64,000 bases of DNA from Camelus ferus. Lineage: Eukaryota. The stretch lies in NCBI RefSeq assembly GCF_009834535.1, contig NC_045697.1, positions 12,340,001 to 12,404,000 of the forward strand, written 5' to 3'. This document shows positions 34,081 through 48,421 of the stretch, one piece after another; position 1 is the stretch's first letter; each line of letters begins with the position of its first letter. The position numbers and the translations under genes were made by a program. The notes beneath the pieces were generated by a model that saw nothing but the letters and a program-made list of their open reading frames with translations, did no database searches and was not told the DNA's origin.

Positions 34081-37000
34081 CTATGATCTTTCTCCTTTCC
34101 TCCCAGAGCAGACATGTGGGGACCTTTGCTAAAGGGTTCAGAGGCTTAGGTATCCATGCTGAGTAAAGAAAGAAAATTGGACTGACCCAAATGAAAGTGC
34201 GTAGCACATGTATGTTGTTGGTTTTTCTACCTCTTGTTTCCCTTTGGGGCAATTTAAGTCTTTGTACTGATATCTCCTCATCATTAGTATGAATTTGTGA
34301 GGTCTGGGACGTGCAGTTCTGTGCCTGTCTCCTCCCAGGATGAAATGGGCAAAATCACTTTCATCTCGTATTGTGGGGACATTCTCCTTATTCCTGCCAC
34401 ATACACAGACCTTTAGTGACCTTGTTTCCTTTCACTGGGTCTTTGCATTTCCTGTTACCTCCAAAAGTATCTGTCCTTGGAGGTAAAATGACATGAGCTG
34501 AATGCATTATACATAAATGTGAAGATGCCCCATCGGCTTATGTTAACAGCTTTATGTCATTTTTCATATTATTTATTCACTTCTTAATATTGTCTAATTT
34601 ATGTACTTTTTGTCTGCTATCATGCATTCTGCAAATATCTTTATTGAGCTGCCCTTAACAATACCTAGATCTGTTTCCTGTGATGAGGCAATTAATTTAG
34701 ATTTATCAGTATATGAGAGCATTCTGCAATCTCCTCTCTAAAGTTTTCCTATCAAAGTAGGAATATGGGAGATAACGCATTTAATTAATAGACAAGATAT
34801 TCATTTGTTCCTAAGGCCATCTATTCAAAAGGGAGATAAGCATTTTACAAGGTATAATTCTAATTGTGGGATGAGTTTTAGTGGTATTTCTTTATAATGT
34901 ATATAAGCATGGTATGACAATTTGAAATGATATTCCATAAAGCAATCACATAAAGATGTGTTATGAATGAATCAGTGTCCGTCTGTCTTTCTCTTTGCCT
35001 CTCAGTCACACACGTAATGGATATACATAAGTTCAGACACACCCTAAATTATAATAAACAAGAGTACCCACACTTGCCCCCTTACATGCACTCACAGAAT
35101 GCTACTGACGCAAGCTCAGTAGGGTAGGTGAGTTTTTCTACCCTTGCTGATAGATCTTTACTGATTTATCCATACCATTATTCCCAGTAGTTGTGATCAT
35201 CTTAGTTTGGACTGTCTTCTTCTCTCTCCTTATAGAGATCCTTTACCTCCTACAACCCAGATCAAATCCCATCTTTTCCACAAAGCCTGCCCTGATTAGT
35301 CCAGCCCACCCTGTTCTCTACCTTATTTCTATTCATATAGAATTCATGGTCAGTGACATACAATTTGAAATTACAGTTATTATCTAATTGCTTTGAGTGA
35401 GATATGTTGCCTTGGTAAGATTAGGATCCCATGAAGAACTCTGATTAGATATATTCAACAGTGCTTGGAAGTGTAGGTTTTCACCAATTTTAGTTGCTTC
35501 CAATATGAAATATTAAAATCTTTCATATTCTTCATAAACATGTAATACGATGCTGGAACTGTAATTGATGTCAATAAATATTTCTTGGAGTAATGTGTAG
35601 ATAAGTAAAGACAATAATCTGTGTAAATCAGAAGACTTAAAAAAATCAGAGCATGTTTAGCGTGAGATAATTGTTTCTTCCTAGAACAGGAAGTTTTTCA
35701 TCAATGTAGTTTTCATGAAGCGACTTGTGCAGGAATAGCCTTTGGGGGTATTTGGAAAAAATATATCTCCAAGAAACTCTTAGAAAGTTGGCTTGAATCA
35801 ACATTACTTCTGGGTTATCCTCAGCAGGGAGAAACTGACGAATGCAAAGTGCTGGATGACTCAAGGGCTGAGAAGCCGAGAGTAAAGAAGAGCTTGTGGA
35901 TTTCTGCTCTGGTGTAAAGATTGTCTTCCTAAGTGGCTAGAGGAGTGCCTGACCCTAGTAGGGGACTTAGTAAATGTTCATTGGATTAATTTAGATGTGT
36001 CAAGCAAGTTTTGTAATTTCTTAATCTGTTGATGACAGATACTCATGCCAGACAATATGTCTGGAAGGAATTACATCAGCATAATGCAAAGCCCAAGACA
36101 GTCTTTGAAGAATCAGCTGGCTGCATTTTTGGTTTTAAGCACTGATGTGCCCTATAGATTACTTCAGGGGGTCAAATGATTTCCTTTTTCAGTTTCAATA
36201 CGAGTTAGGAACTTTATTAAAATGTGCCAGAATGGGACCTATCTCTCCCTATCACTTGTGATTCCTGTTTATTCCTCACATAATTTACCATTTTGCCTAG
36301 AGAAAAGACTTCGAATGTGGGGAAGCTTGTAACAGGTGTAGTGTATGTTCTTGTTTTTCCTAGTAGCAGATGGTGCTGAAAGAAGATCGTCTCTGTGGGG
36401 CCATTGCAGGATAAAGCACAGGAATAAATAAGCACAATGATAGGTCTCAGCAAAGACAGCCAGGTCGCAGGGTTGGTCCCACATTTGGAAATTCTACATA
36501 TACAATGAGCAGGTTTATCTGTAAGCTCAGAAAAGCCTATTTAAAGCTCTAGTACTTTACTTTTTGTTTTCCTCCATATAAAATTTTCTCCCACAATCAA
36601 ACCACCTTGCTCTCATGTGAATTATAGGTAGTGTATTCAGAAGAATCTAAATAAAGTGAAATTCTTTGCAACAGTACATTGTGCTAAAAGGGAAGAGGTA
36701 ATTTTCCTTGGAGTTCTTCCCCAGCCCCAACAACCTCTGTTTTTATTTTAATGGATTTTGATGGGACCTGGTCTTTGATCTTGGCCTCTTAAAAACCAAA
36801 GGAGCAAAGGAAGGTTAATTTCAGCAATTCTATCCTAATGCACCTCTGCTATTCTGCATGACGGACGCTGCATGAATGTAGTTCAACCTGGTACTGGACC
36901 GACAATTTAATTATTTTCTCTTGTGCAAAGGTAATTTTCATCTTTCCTGGAAAAAAATATGAACCCCCATGGGTGTCAGTTACATATATATTCAGATTTA

Positions 37001-38924
37001 TATGTCTTTTCAGCAGACACACTTTTATATTGCTCATATTTAAACACTCATCTAAATTTGACAATGTCAGGGCAGTATATCAACAGGACCTATGCTCATC
37101 TTCTTCCTCTCCTTGTTTAAATTTTATTTCTTAGTATCCCAGCCTCAGCAGTATTTGAGGAATATTTTTCTGTTGGCCTAATGCAATTTTTTCCACATGA
37201 TGTATTCTTCGTCTGTCCCTTATCTTCCCTTCACTTGCTGACACCACTGTTTAGTCCATTTGGGGCTAAAATGCACTGAAAGCAAATACGTACTATTTTA
37301 ACGTTCTGCCTGATTCTTGTTCGTTAGCAAGAGAATCTCTCTAGCAGTTTGGTTAAATGGCCTTTACCTCTTTTAAGAAAAAAAGCAAAGAATTCTATAA
37401 TGTCTCTGACAAAAAGAGGTGGTGTGCACAGATACAAGCTTATCAAAAATAATAACACCTCCCGAAGCGCCTGAGTGTGTATACGTGTGTGCGCGTGCAT
37501 ATGGGTTTATACATGTAGTTGTGTATCCACAACTAGATTCATTTTTCTTATTTCTCAGGAGCATAATTATTGATGCTTTCTGAAATCTCATTATGCATCT
37601 AGATCTAAGACCTACTGAACTACTTCCCTTCCTATATTAAAAAAGCCATATTTAATGTAAGTATTTAAAGTGTGGCTTTTGTGTGCCTTAACTCTACATG
37701 AATATAGACTTTTAACTATGGTTAACCTCTGCAGTGCAAATCTCTGTGGGCCAGAGTGGGTTAATTTTTGATTGCCTGCTCTACCTGCATCCTCAGAGCG
37801 TGCATGAGAAAGAACAAAAACAGACTGTCTTTGTGAAGTCACATGCATCTGCCTCTAAATTTTAGTGTGGCGCATAAATGGCAACAAGAATTGAAGGAGA
37901 AAACAGAAGAGAGAGATTGTTCTTGAGCAGGGATTATTCCACTTTAAAGCTCTAAATTAATTATTTCTTCAGTTTTTGTGATTTTTCAAACACGGGGTGC
38001 ATGTATATGAGTGGTGGTGGGGTGTGCAGGGCAAAAGAGGACTAATAAATTTAACTAAATCTAAAGAAATTCTTTGTCATCTTCCTACCACCCTCCCACA
38101 TTTGACTAAATTGCCAGATAACAATTACTAGGATATATACAAAATTAGGAGAATGATTTTTTTGGTCAAGGCTTTGTGTTTAATAGTAATGAACATGTAG
38201 AGAAGACAAAGTTATTGTAATTCTGATCATATAGACTAAGCCTGTTAAATGAAAACAATACATTTTATAACCGAGAAACACATGAAAGAAAATCTCTGCT
38301 TCAGTTGAACAACTTAATATGAATTCCTTTCATTGTTTGCCATGTCTCATTAGCGTTGGCTCCATTTCATAGGCAATATTTAATTATTGGTATTTTTAAT
38401 TTATCTTTTTTTTAATATTATCATCTTACCTCGAGTGCAATTATCCATTCCTGTCTAGTAGGAATAAATTTGCTCAGGAGTTACTGCAAGATAAACACTG
38501 CTTAGAAACCATCATTTTTCTATTGTATTTGTCTAGTTAATAAAGGGAGGCATTTTGTTTTCCCCCGGTGACCACTTGTACTTTGTTCAGTAATTAAGGA
38601 AGTGAGTTGATGCTTCTACATTTTAGCCTTTCTCTAACCTCTGCAGGTCTGTCTGGGATGCCAGCGCTGGTTGTGTTCTGGTGTCAGGTGGCTATGGAAA
38701 AGCCGGGGATGAAATCAGAGAGGATTCTAATAATAACACTTTAAATCAGTATCAATAATTTGATTAATATCAAATATATCAAATATATTCTGCCTGGAAA
38801 TAATCTGCAGGCTTCTTTTCAGCGTGTAAGTTTCAGTTTTCAGAAACAGCTCCTCAGCCACAATGGAATGCTTTAAAAAATGCATGTCATCACTGTATAT
38901 TTTTATGTGTACATTTGGTCATAG

Positions 38925-39160
38925 GAGAAGCTGCATTTTGCTGTCAGATGAGGGTTTTAATCCTGGCTTTACTACTAATTAGCTACATGGTCTTAAGCAA
39001 ATTACTTAGCCTCCTTAAGACTTTGCTTTCTCAGAATGAAGATGAAAATAACAATATTGTTTACTTCACAATATTAATGTGAGGGTGAAATGAGGCAGCA
39101 CATATGAGGCATTGTATGGTGCTAAACACATACTAAGAGTTCAATAAGTATTTTTATTAT
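38925..39160 (+). mobile_element. MIR SINE
   Basis: aatcctggctttactactaattagctacatggtcttaagcaaattacttagcctc. Confidence 0.8.
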
Positions 39161-42100
39161 TACCATTGTTAAAGTGTATTTATGTATAGACTTGTGTGTT
39201 GGATTATAAAATTGTGGTGCTGATTTTTGGATGAAGTTCGTGAAATCATTCTGCTTATGTTTTTTTCATTTATCAGTATAAAGCTCAGTTACAAGCAATG
39301 CTCAAGTACACTTTCTTGTCCTGTTCTGCTTATGCTTCAAGTCTCCACCCAGAAGTTTCCTGTTCATGGAAGCTTCTCTTCACTCCACTTCCTCCAGCTA
39401 GGACCCTGTATTCGGTGTGGCACAGTGCTTGGAACCCATCTACAAGAAGATTTGGTCATTGTAAGTGCATTATAATCATTGCTTTCCACATCTTCCTCTC
39501 CAGAAGGTGAACTTCGTGTCTTGTTTATCTTGGCATCCCCCCTGCTTTGTGCACATGTGGTCATAGCAAGACATCAATAAAGGTTTCTTGCATAAGTAAG
39601 TGAAAAAGAAAATGCTATTGTTTATGTATGCAAACAAATAGTGATCTTTCAATGATGGTGTTCTTCCTTATGTTATTTTCCACTTTATTATCTTTAGCCA
39701 TTTTTTGTCTTTTTATTCGCGTCATCTTCAGAGCTTGTGACACATCCTTTTAAAAATGTAACATCATGCAGGATTAACAGAATTACATTTTGTTTCACTT
39801 AATGCCCCAAGATTCCATGACATAGCTATTTAGCTGGGTGGGGAAGCAAACTTTTCTGAAACCATTACATTTTTAACTGTTTTAGTTAGTATGTTGACAT
39901 GCCAACTGTTAAGGCTAAAATGAAAAGAGGCTAGAGAAAGTGATGTGAAAGTGAAATTATCATCCAGGAGATCCAAGGATGGCACTGTTTATAGAATTTG
40001 ATGCAGTCTTTAACAGTACAATAGCACAGGTGCCAGAACTCCAGGTCAGACCCATGAACAGACTTGCTATTCCAAGTCCAGCTACATTCCTTCCTCTGGC
40101 CAGGGCTAGGTTTGGTTAGTTTGCTAGTCAACATCTAAGTCTCTGAGCAATCATGTACTTGGTCAAGATTGCACACACAGCATGAAATGCTTGTGATTCA
40201 AGCCAAGGTCTTTCTGACTCTAGTCAGAATGCAACATCCTCAAGGTGGGAGTCACCACTTCATTTGCTGGTGGTGTCATTGTGGCCACTCTGCCATCATG
40301 CCTGCCTGGCCACTGTCTGAAGAACCCATGTAATGCTGCATCACCGAGTCTGACCCAAGGAGACATAGCCCTACAGAGAGAGCCTCTACTCTCTTAGGTG
40401 GGAGGGTCAGCAGGGGGCAGAAACAAGGTTGGGTAACAGGGCAGCAGTTGGGGAGCTGTCAGGGGTGCTGACCTAAAAAGGGACAAACGAGTCTGGAATA
40501 AATAAGCAAAATATAATATTTTCTCTCTTGTCAAAATAGAGTGTGTGTTTATTTTTGTATACGTATGTGTGTGTGTTTATCATGATCTATCTTCTCAGAT
40601 TCAGTAGCAGTGACTTAAAAGTTTACAGACTTCAGCAAAAATTGTGAAACTAAAAAGGCACTCTTAATACCATTTACCAGGAATCAGAATTCTGTTATTA
40701 TCTAAATTTCTAACCCTTAGATATATGTCCTTAGAAGTTTCCTAATTTTCACCTTCCCAACAAATTTAAAAGGAAAACTGGAGCAAGAACAAGTATTACA
40801 CACAAGTGAGAGATGTTTCCTCCTCCCTGCCCCCCTCCCCACTTTTTCTCTGGCTATTGACTGCTTTGGCTGTGGTAGTAAATTAGTGAATGAATATATT
40901 TCTTTGGGTAATTTTATTAATTAAAATGTCTCTCCTGATTCCACCAAATAACTAAATGAGTGGTTGCCTGGCACTTTATCCCTGACACGTGTATGTTGGT
41001 GGTGGTGTTGAACGTGATGGGTTGGCTGGTGTTAAGGATTTGGGATCAGGTTGATAACTTTTCATTGTCAGCACTACAGGCACACTATTTTTTCAGCTCA
41101 CCCGGATCACTGCACCCCTCCCCCCACCATGCTCTACCATATACTGCGCCCTTTCCTGATCCTTAATTTCTTATGAGCAACTTTATACTTTCTGATTGGT
41201 AGGGCTCCATCATGGGCGCAAAGACCCTGTGTCAGTATAATGTCCCCGTATAAACTTGGACTTCTTCAGCACTGCATTTTATCAAATTCCACATATACCT
41301 TTAAATGTGATATTATAAGATACGTATTTTTTTCTGGCCTGAATATTGAAGCTTGTTCCCTAGCTTAAAAAATCTTACATGCCACTCGCAAGAGATCAAA
41401 CAGGGTGTTTTAACTTCATGAAGGACCTGTAGGGTCTTTCCTCCATTATATATGATGCTGGAGTCTCTGGAAAAGCCTAGGGTCCTACTTACAGAGTGTG
41501 GCCCAAATTAGGTAATTACTTGAGCCGTCTCTGTTCCAAATAATATATGAAACCAAGAAAAGGAAATTATTTGTTTTAACCATAGGTGAGTCTTTAATTC
41601 ATGTACACGTTGAGATTTGAAAGATTAACCTCTTTGAAAGTTCAAAAAAAAAAAAAAAGCCTAATGGTAACTGATTAGACATCTCAACCTCAGGGAGAAA
41701 AACAAATGCTTAAGGGTAGATTTTATGTAATTTATGTAACTTTGATTATTTATACATTAGATTTCCTTAAATAAATCATGAAGAACAGTTGAAAACACCC
41801 TCTCTTTCCCAGAGAAAATTTCCTGGTTTGTGGAAGGACTTGGTAGATCTCTAACATATTGTAGGTGATATTTTGTATGACAGCAAAAATATGTGAAACT
41901 CTTTAATAGGTACATTATATTTTGAAAATTAACTGCAAATAAAGAATGATGATTCCTCAGCTGCTATTTTACTCTTATAGAGATAATATCAATGATTATC
42001 ATATTAAGAGCTAAAGTACAATATTCTGGGCTTAGCAATGAGGTTATTTTTTTGCTTTTATTTAGCATGCCCTCATTTAACATTCTTTCACTTGTATTAT

Positions 42101-43779
42101 GGACTAGGCACATGAAACATAAAGATAATTGGGGCATGGCCCATATGCTCAAGTTGCTTATGAATCCAGTACAAGAGAGGAGAAAAATATCCAAATAACT
42201 ACAACACTAGCCAGAGCTTCATAAGCACAGTAGGAGAAGTACTGGGTTGTGGACAAGTTGGAGCTCTGAGAAACTCTATATGTTTGGGAGGATTTGGGAA
42301 GGCTTCTTGGAGATGGTGGACTTAGAACTAGGTCACAAAATATGGATAAGTCCTTGCCAGAGGCTGAAGGATGGGAAGAGCTAGGAGGGCATTTCAGGCA
42401 GAGGAAATGGTGGGAACCTGTTGTGGCAATGGATACTTTGTCGGGTAGTGTCTGCAGCCCAGGACATGTGCATTTGAGTAGAGTAAGATACATATAAGAA
42501 AGGAATGGGAAAAATGTCTGAAATTATAGGTTAGTCCCTGATCATGAAGGAACTTGACCACCATGGTTAATGAGTTTGAAATTTGTTCTTAGGGTATGAT
42601 CATGAGAAGTGCCTACCCAGATGAGTAGCAGGAGAGGTCATGCTTCAGGAAGATTCCTCTGGTGGTGCATGCAGGTCTCCCATTAATGTTGGGATAAAGT
42701 CCCAAATCCTTAAGGTGGCCTGCAAGCCCCTGTGAGATCTACTCTCTTCTGTGTCCGCAGTCTCCTCTTCAGGCACTCTTGGGTTCTTTAGCCTGGGGAG
42801 GAGGGTACCAATCTGCTTCCTGTATCTCACACATGCCTCCGTAACCAGTTAGTATATACTTCTTTTACAACTTGGCTGTATGTCCCATCCTCAGAGAAAA
42901 CATCCCAGATCACCAGGCATCTTTTCCTTTGTATTTATCACTTATCCCAGGGGTGGAATTTATAGTTATTGTGTCTCTTTGCCTGTTACAGATGAGAAAA
43001 GTGAGGCTCAGAAGATTTTCTTCCTCTCCTCCCAATAGAAGACCAAAGAAGGAGGAGAGCAAACTGGGGCTCTAAGAAGTATTTACCCCAGAATAAATAA
43101 AGACAAACATCTCCAGTATTTAGTTGATTTTTATGCAATGACTTCTTGTTTGCAGTCCTTGGATTAGAAAGTATCAATTTGTCCTCCTCTATAGTAACTA
43201 AACATTATGAAGGTTTATAATTTTCATATTCACATGAATGTGATCTTATCTCACTTGACCTCATAACAATCTTGGGAAGTGTACAGAGTGGGCGTTACCC
43301 AGTTTTACAGATCATGCAGTCCAGGGCAGAGAAGTGACTGGCCCAAGGGCATGGCTATTAAATGATAAACTGGAACTTTAGTTTATCCCTTCTGTCTTTG
43401 AATCCTGGTCTTTTTGATTGAGTTATTTTTTCTCCCAAATAGAATATCATGAAGAGAAATTAATATAAGTGAAAAAAATGCTGTGTAGTGTGTAGCATAA
43501 ACATCCAGTATTCAATTAACGTATAGAAAAATGGTGGGAGAGCAGAGAGCCCACTAAAAGAATGGAGTGGAGTCAGATTAGGGCACTGATGCACTTCCAA
43601 CTTAGGGAGCAACATTTCTTTAAGTCAGTTTGAAAAATTGGCTAGGATTGGCTAGGAAAAAAGTATTTAAATCCTGCCTAAATGACCTCAATTTCTATTC
43701 CAATAAATTACTGGTCTTCTTTGCAATTAGTCATTCAGCTTGTCAACCATATGAGCAGAGGATTTATTTTCTGTTTCAG

Positions 43780-43836
43780 GCAGTTCTGTTGAGCAGATGG
43801 GCAGGCTGCCATCTTAGACCCTGGCTATGCTTCCAG
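43780..43836 (+). other. Candidate 57-nt exon in a repeat-free block
   Basis: ttattttctgtttcag|GCAG...TTCCAG|gtaata; one open frame, AVLLSRWAGCHLRPWLCFQ, not recognised. Confidence 0.25.
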
Positions 43837-44379
43837 GTAATATGGGGAGTGGGTGAGGGTGGAAGGGAGGGAGACAGAAGCTAGGATTATCATCTGAGAC
43901 ATTTTCTTACTGTTTAGCGGCTCTGAGTTGAGATTCAGGCTTTGTTCTAAAATCTAGTTTTAGATGCGTTGTTTGGAAGTTGGGAGACATTCCCCTGTTG
44001 TTATGTCTGGCTCAAGGCCAGTTGGGCAGAGGAGAAACCAGAATGTGTGCAGGTTTGGTCCTCGAAAGCATTGAGGGAATGCTGCTTAGTTCATCATCTG
44101 CAAGGCGGGATCTTGAGTGGCAGCCAGATTTAATTACTTGGAGGTCACTGGAAGGTGCTGTGATCTGAAGCGGGACAGGAGCTGCAGATCAGAGCCTGGG
44201 GAAACAGAGAAACAGGAGACCATAATGTAGGAAGACGTGGAAAGGGAGTGATGACTGATCCTGCCAGAGGATGTTGCTCTTGCCCAGGATTACATCACGG
44301 ATTGTTGCAGGGATGAGCCTTCCTGCCCATGGGGCAAGTGTCTATGGGCAGTGCATTCAAGATTTCCATTGACCTTTCC

Positions 44380-44975
44380 TTTTAGATTGACCTGCTAACT
44401 GGTCTCCCTGTTTCTACCCTTGTTTTGCTTCAGGAGTAGCTCAATATGGCAGACTGATTCTGTTAAACTGTAAGTCATAGTCTGTCACTTCTTGGTTCAG
44501 AACCCTTAGATGGGTTCACATTTTATTCAGAGTAAAAGCCAAAATCCTCCAGATACTTACCCTCCTGCTCCTTACTTACAGGATCTTATCATCCATTGAT
44601 CTTACATCACTTGCTGGCCCTGGCCCTGCTGGCATCTTTGCAGCTACTCAAGTACACCAAGCATATTCCCATTCCAGCGCCTTTGCACTCGCTCTTTTCT
44701 CTTGCATCCTCTTCTGCCCTGCACGAGTCTCTTCTTCATTACCTTCAAACCTTTGTGAGCAGTCCCCTTATCAGAGAGTTCTTTCCCAACTACGTTACTT
44801 AAAATTGTAACTCTTAATAATGTATTTATTGTCTGCTCCCCCCTAATATAGAGTTCCACTAGGGCAGGGATTTTTGTCTGTTTTTAAAATTTTTTATTTA
44901 TTAGCTCTTGTATCCCCAGTGCCTAGAATTATTCGAGACATATACTAGACATTTAACAATTATTCAGTAAATAAA
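44380..44975 (+). mobile_element. L2a 3' fragment
   Basis: cctgctaactggtctccctg; cagagtaaaagccaaaatcc; gggcagggatttttgtctg; tgtatccccagtgcctagaa. Confidence 0.9.
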
Positions 44976-45020
44976 TAACTTTACATTGGGCTGGGTTCTC
45001 TACTCTGTCTTTTTTTTGTA

Positions 45021-45072
45021 CATTCATCCATCCATCCATCCATCTGTCCATCCGTCGACCGATCCATCCAAT
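45021..45072. repeat. (TCCA)n microsatellite, degenerate
   Basis: cattcatccatccatccatccatctgtccatccgtcgaccgatccatcca. Confidence 0.85.
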
Positions 45073-45169
45073 CATTATGACCCAATTACTCATCACTTCC
45101 TCTGATACTATTTTCCCCTTTATTTATTATTTTTCAATTTAATTTGCTTTCTTTTTGCTTCCTAATCAA

Positions 45170-46035
45170 TACTCCTGAAAACCTTTGAACATGTTTTTCC
45201 CTTTGCCTGGAAATCTTTTCCTCCATGTCCTCTCATGTCACTCAGATCTTAGCTCAAATATCACCTCTTTAGAGAAGTCTTCCCTGACCATCCTGCCTAA
45301 ATCCTCCCCTGTCCTCTATCCCAATCACTCCATTCACCATCATGTTACCTTACTTTAGTATCATGTTTGGGATAAAATATCACCATTTGAGATTATCTTG
45401 TTCATGTATTTGTTTATTTGTTCACTGCCTCTCTCTCTGTCTCCTCCTGTCTTACCCCTTGGTAGAATGTAAATTCCGTTATAGCAGAGATCCTGGTGGT
45501 TTTGTTTCCCATTGTGTACCCAGTATCTGTACCAAAGCCTGGAGCATGTTTGATGCTTAATAAATACTTACTGGTTGTATGATTAGGCTTACATTTCTTG
45601 GAGTTAAACTGTCTATACTGAAACCCCAGCTTCACCATTGACTATCTGTGACTCCTGGACAGTGTTTGACTTTTCTATGCCTAAGTTTCTTACCTGTTTA
45701 TGGGTATTGTAATAGTACGTCTTTCATGTGATTGCTGTGGGCATTAGTGACAATGATGATAATAATAGTGATAGCTACTATTAGTGAGCAGTTAGTATAG
45801 ACCAAGCACTGTTTTAAACTCTACCTATATTTATTATTTAATCCTTATCACAGCCCTATGAAATGGACACTATTTTAATTCCCATATTTTAGATGACTCA
45901 AGTTCTGGAAAGGCAAATAACATGTAGTTACGAAGAGGTGGAAAAGCGATTGAAGCCAAGACAGTTTGGCTCAGAGCCTTTGCTTTTACGTGTGCTGAGG
46001 ACATAGGAATCACTCAATAAACATCAGCCATTATT
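45170..46035. mobile_element. L2 fragment followed by a plus-strand MIR with an antisense MIR nested in it
   Basis: agctcaaatatcacctctttagagaagtcttccctgacc (L2); MIR interrupted near 45760 by aataatagtgatagctactattagtgagc, resuming near 45990. Confidence 0.75.
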
Positions 46036-46879
46036 ATTATTAACTATGTATCATTTGCAGTGAATACACAGTAAATCATATTATTTTCCCAAATATATCG
46101 TCTGTGAAATAGCAGCTTCAGATTAGCAAGAAGAAAAGCAAGAAGAAATTCACTTGGATGTTAGAGTATAATTCGAAAATATAAATCCTTTTGTTACATA
46201 GGGAGTAATTAAAATACATAAAAGGAATATATTACATTTAATTTTACAATTAAATTTATTGAAGATATAACATGTGCTATACTGTACTGGCGACTGACAT
46301 CTGTTAAAACAAGCTAACAGAATGCTAGTTTGGCTTAGGTAATTCTGTGAAAGAGGTTCGATATCTGTGTTCTGGATAATTCCCCAATAAAAATATCTTG
46401 GCAAACTGCAACATACAGGCTTTCAAATTTGCTTTGAATAGTTAATACTGAGCTATAAATCCTCAAATGTCAAAAGAATATTGTTTTTGTTGTTGTTGTT
46501 CTGTACTTTGTAATTTTCATTATGGGCATTTGTATACTTGTCAATATTTACTAAGCTGCAGTATTTTTTGAGGGCAGGTAGTATATTTTCTTAATTTTTT
46601 TCACACTGTATTTATGCCAGAGCCTTGCATTTTTCATAGGGAGTAAAAATTTTTTACCACTCATAGATGACTATTGTTAACCTGTACATATTTGGGTTTT
46701 ATGTTTCATATTCAGGGAAATTGTTTTTCCTGGAATTGGATGATGACATTGAGTGATTAAGTGTATATACATGTTGACTGTAGTTTATAGGAGATACAGC
46801 ACTTCTGCTCAAATGGGGGATTTGTGTTTAGACCTTCTGTCGGGGCAGTGGGTGTACCCAGTGAGGGCATTTAGATAAT

Positions 46880-47050
46880 AACAGAGTTTTACAGCTGGAA
46901 GGAACTCTAGGACCCTATAATCCAATTTCTTTCTTTTATAGATGAGAAAACTGAGAATCAGGGAGAGTAAGTGGCTTGTCTAGAGTAACACAGCTAGTTA
47001 GTACCAGAACTAGAGCTAGGCACAGGTGTTCTAATTCTCGTTTAATGCAC
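46880..47050 (-). mobile_element. MIR (MIR3/MIRc-like)
   Basis: ttttatagatgagaaaactgagaatcagggagagtaagtggcttgtctagagtaacacagctagttagt. Confidence 0.85.
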
Positions 47051-47993
47051 TGTCAGAGGGAAGGGATAATATGTTTTCCTATCATGAACAGTAGAACTTA
47101 GAAAAATCTAAATAATGAACAGTTAATGTGCCCGTTAGACAGTCTATCTCAAAAACAAATGCATTTAGCAAAATCTTCAGAAGACTTTCAATTTAATCTG
47201 TTAATAAGAGTCTGTGGTGAGTAGAGATAAATATTTTAGTTTTACTAAAAATAATAAATTTCTCTGATTAAAATAGTACACATTTTTTAGAAATTAGTGA
47301 CATACAAAAAACCATGAAACCAAAATAAGGGTCACCCACCATTTTACCACTCTTAGACAATCATTGTTAATTTATGGATATTTGGTTTCTGTATTTCATG
47401 TAATGTGTGTATATGAGTACATGCATGTGTGTAGAAAATATACAATTATATGTAGTATAGGTTATTTCTAAGCATATATATTACATATTAATATATATCA
47501 ATATAAACCTTTATTAATATATGTAACATATATTCTATAATTATATGTGTATATAATTAACATTTGCTTAATTGGGATCATATGAAGCATCATTTTAAAA
47601 TTCAAAAATGTGTTGGAGAATGTTCTCTCTTTTCTTATCCTTTATCTGAGTTTGTTTAATTTTAGAATTACTTCACTATTTGGTAAAATTCACTTTGGGC
47701 ATAATGACTTTTGTGGGGTATATTTTAAACTGTTAACTCACTTTCTTAAAAGTAGAGATTTATTTAGTATTTCTATTTTCTCTTGAATCATTTTTGATAT
47801 GTGATAGTTTTCAAATATATTGGCATGATTTTTTTCATAATATTCTTCTTTTGAAATCTGTTTTGTTTCTAGTTTTCCCCCATTTTCATTCCTAGTATTT
47901 TTAAGTTTTTTCTTCTCACTTACCTTATTTAATTGTGGATCAGACTTGTCAGATGAAAGTCAATTTTATTAGATGTTTCATAGAACGAGCTCT

Positions 47994-48421
47994 CGTAGAC
48001 ATGGGCCTGTGCCATCCAGATCCTTTTAGGACATCTTTGTTGCTCCAGCTACTGGAATTGCTAGCAGTGGTCAGCCTTCAGCTGTCAACACTTTCAGCCA
48101 CAGGGAGCCTCAGCTATAGGGAACAACCTAGTCGAAGGTCACACCCTTATCTCGGGGCAGCTCACATTCAACGACTGATTGAGGCAAGGGTATGAAAACC
48201 AGCTATTTTGGTCCAGTGTGGAGCAATTTTAATAGGTCAGTTCAGCTTTAGAGTTCCCCACAGGGTCAGCTGAGGCTCTTTGGCTTGTATTGCAAACTAT
48301 TTTCCCCCTCTGTTTCCTCTCCCTCTCTTTCACAGGTGTTAATCCTAAGAACACTTCCTAATAAACATCCTGAACACTGAACTGTCTCAGAATCAGTTTC
48401 TTGGAGAACCCAAACTTCAGA
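47994..48421 (+). mobile_element. LTR16-like ERVL 5' LTR
   Basis: aggtcacacccttatctcggggcagc; ggtgttaatcctaagaacacttcctaataaacatcctg...ggagaaccca. Confidence 0.85.

Noticed and set aside
34455..34486. 10-bp perfect inverted repeat TTACCTCCAA / TTGGAGGTAA
   Set aside because: Too short for a pre-miRNA or MITE; about one such stem is plausible by chance in 64 kb.
35684..35917. Plus-strand open frame of about 77 codons after ttcttcctag
   Set aside because: No recognisable protein or partner exon, and an ORF of similar length lies on the opposite strand; compatible with chance.
38430..38483. 54-nt minus-strand exon-like segment
   Set aside because: Stops in all three frames and no supporting neighbours.
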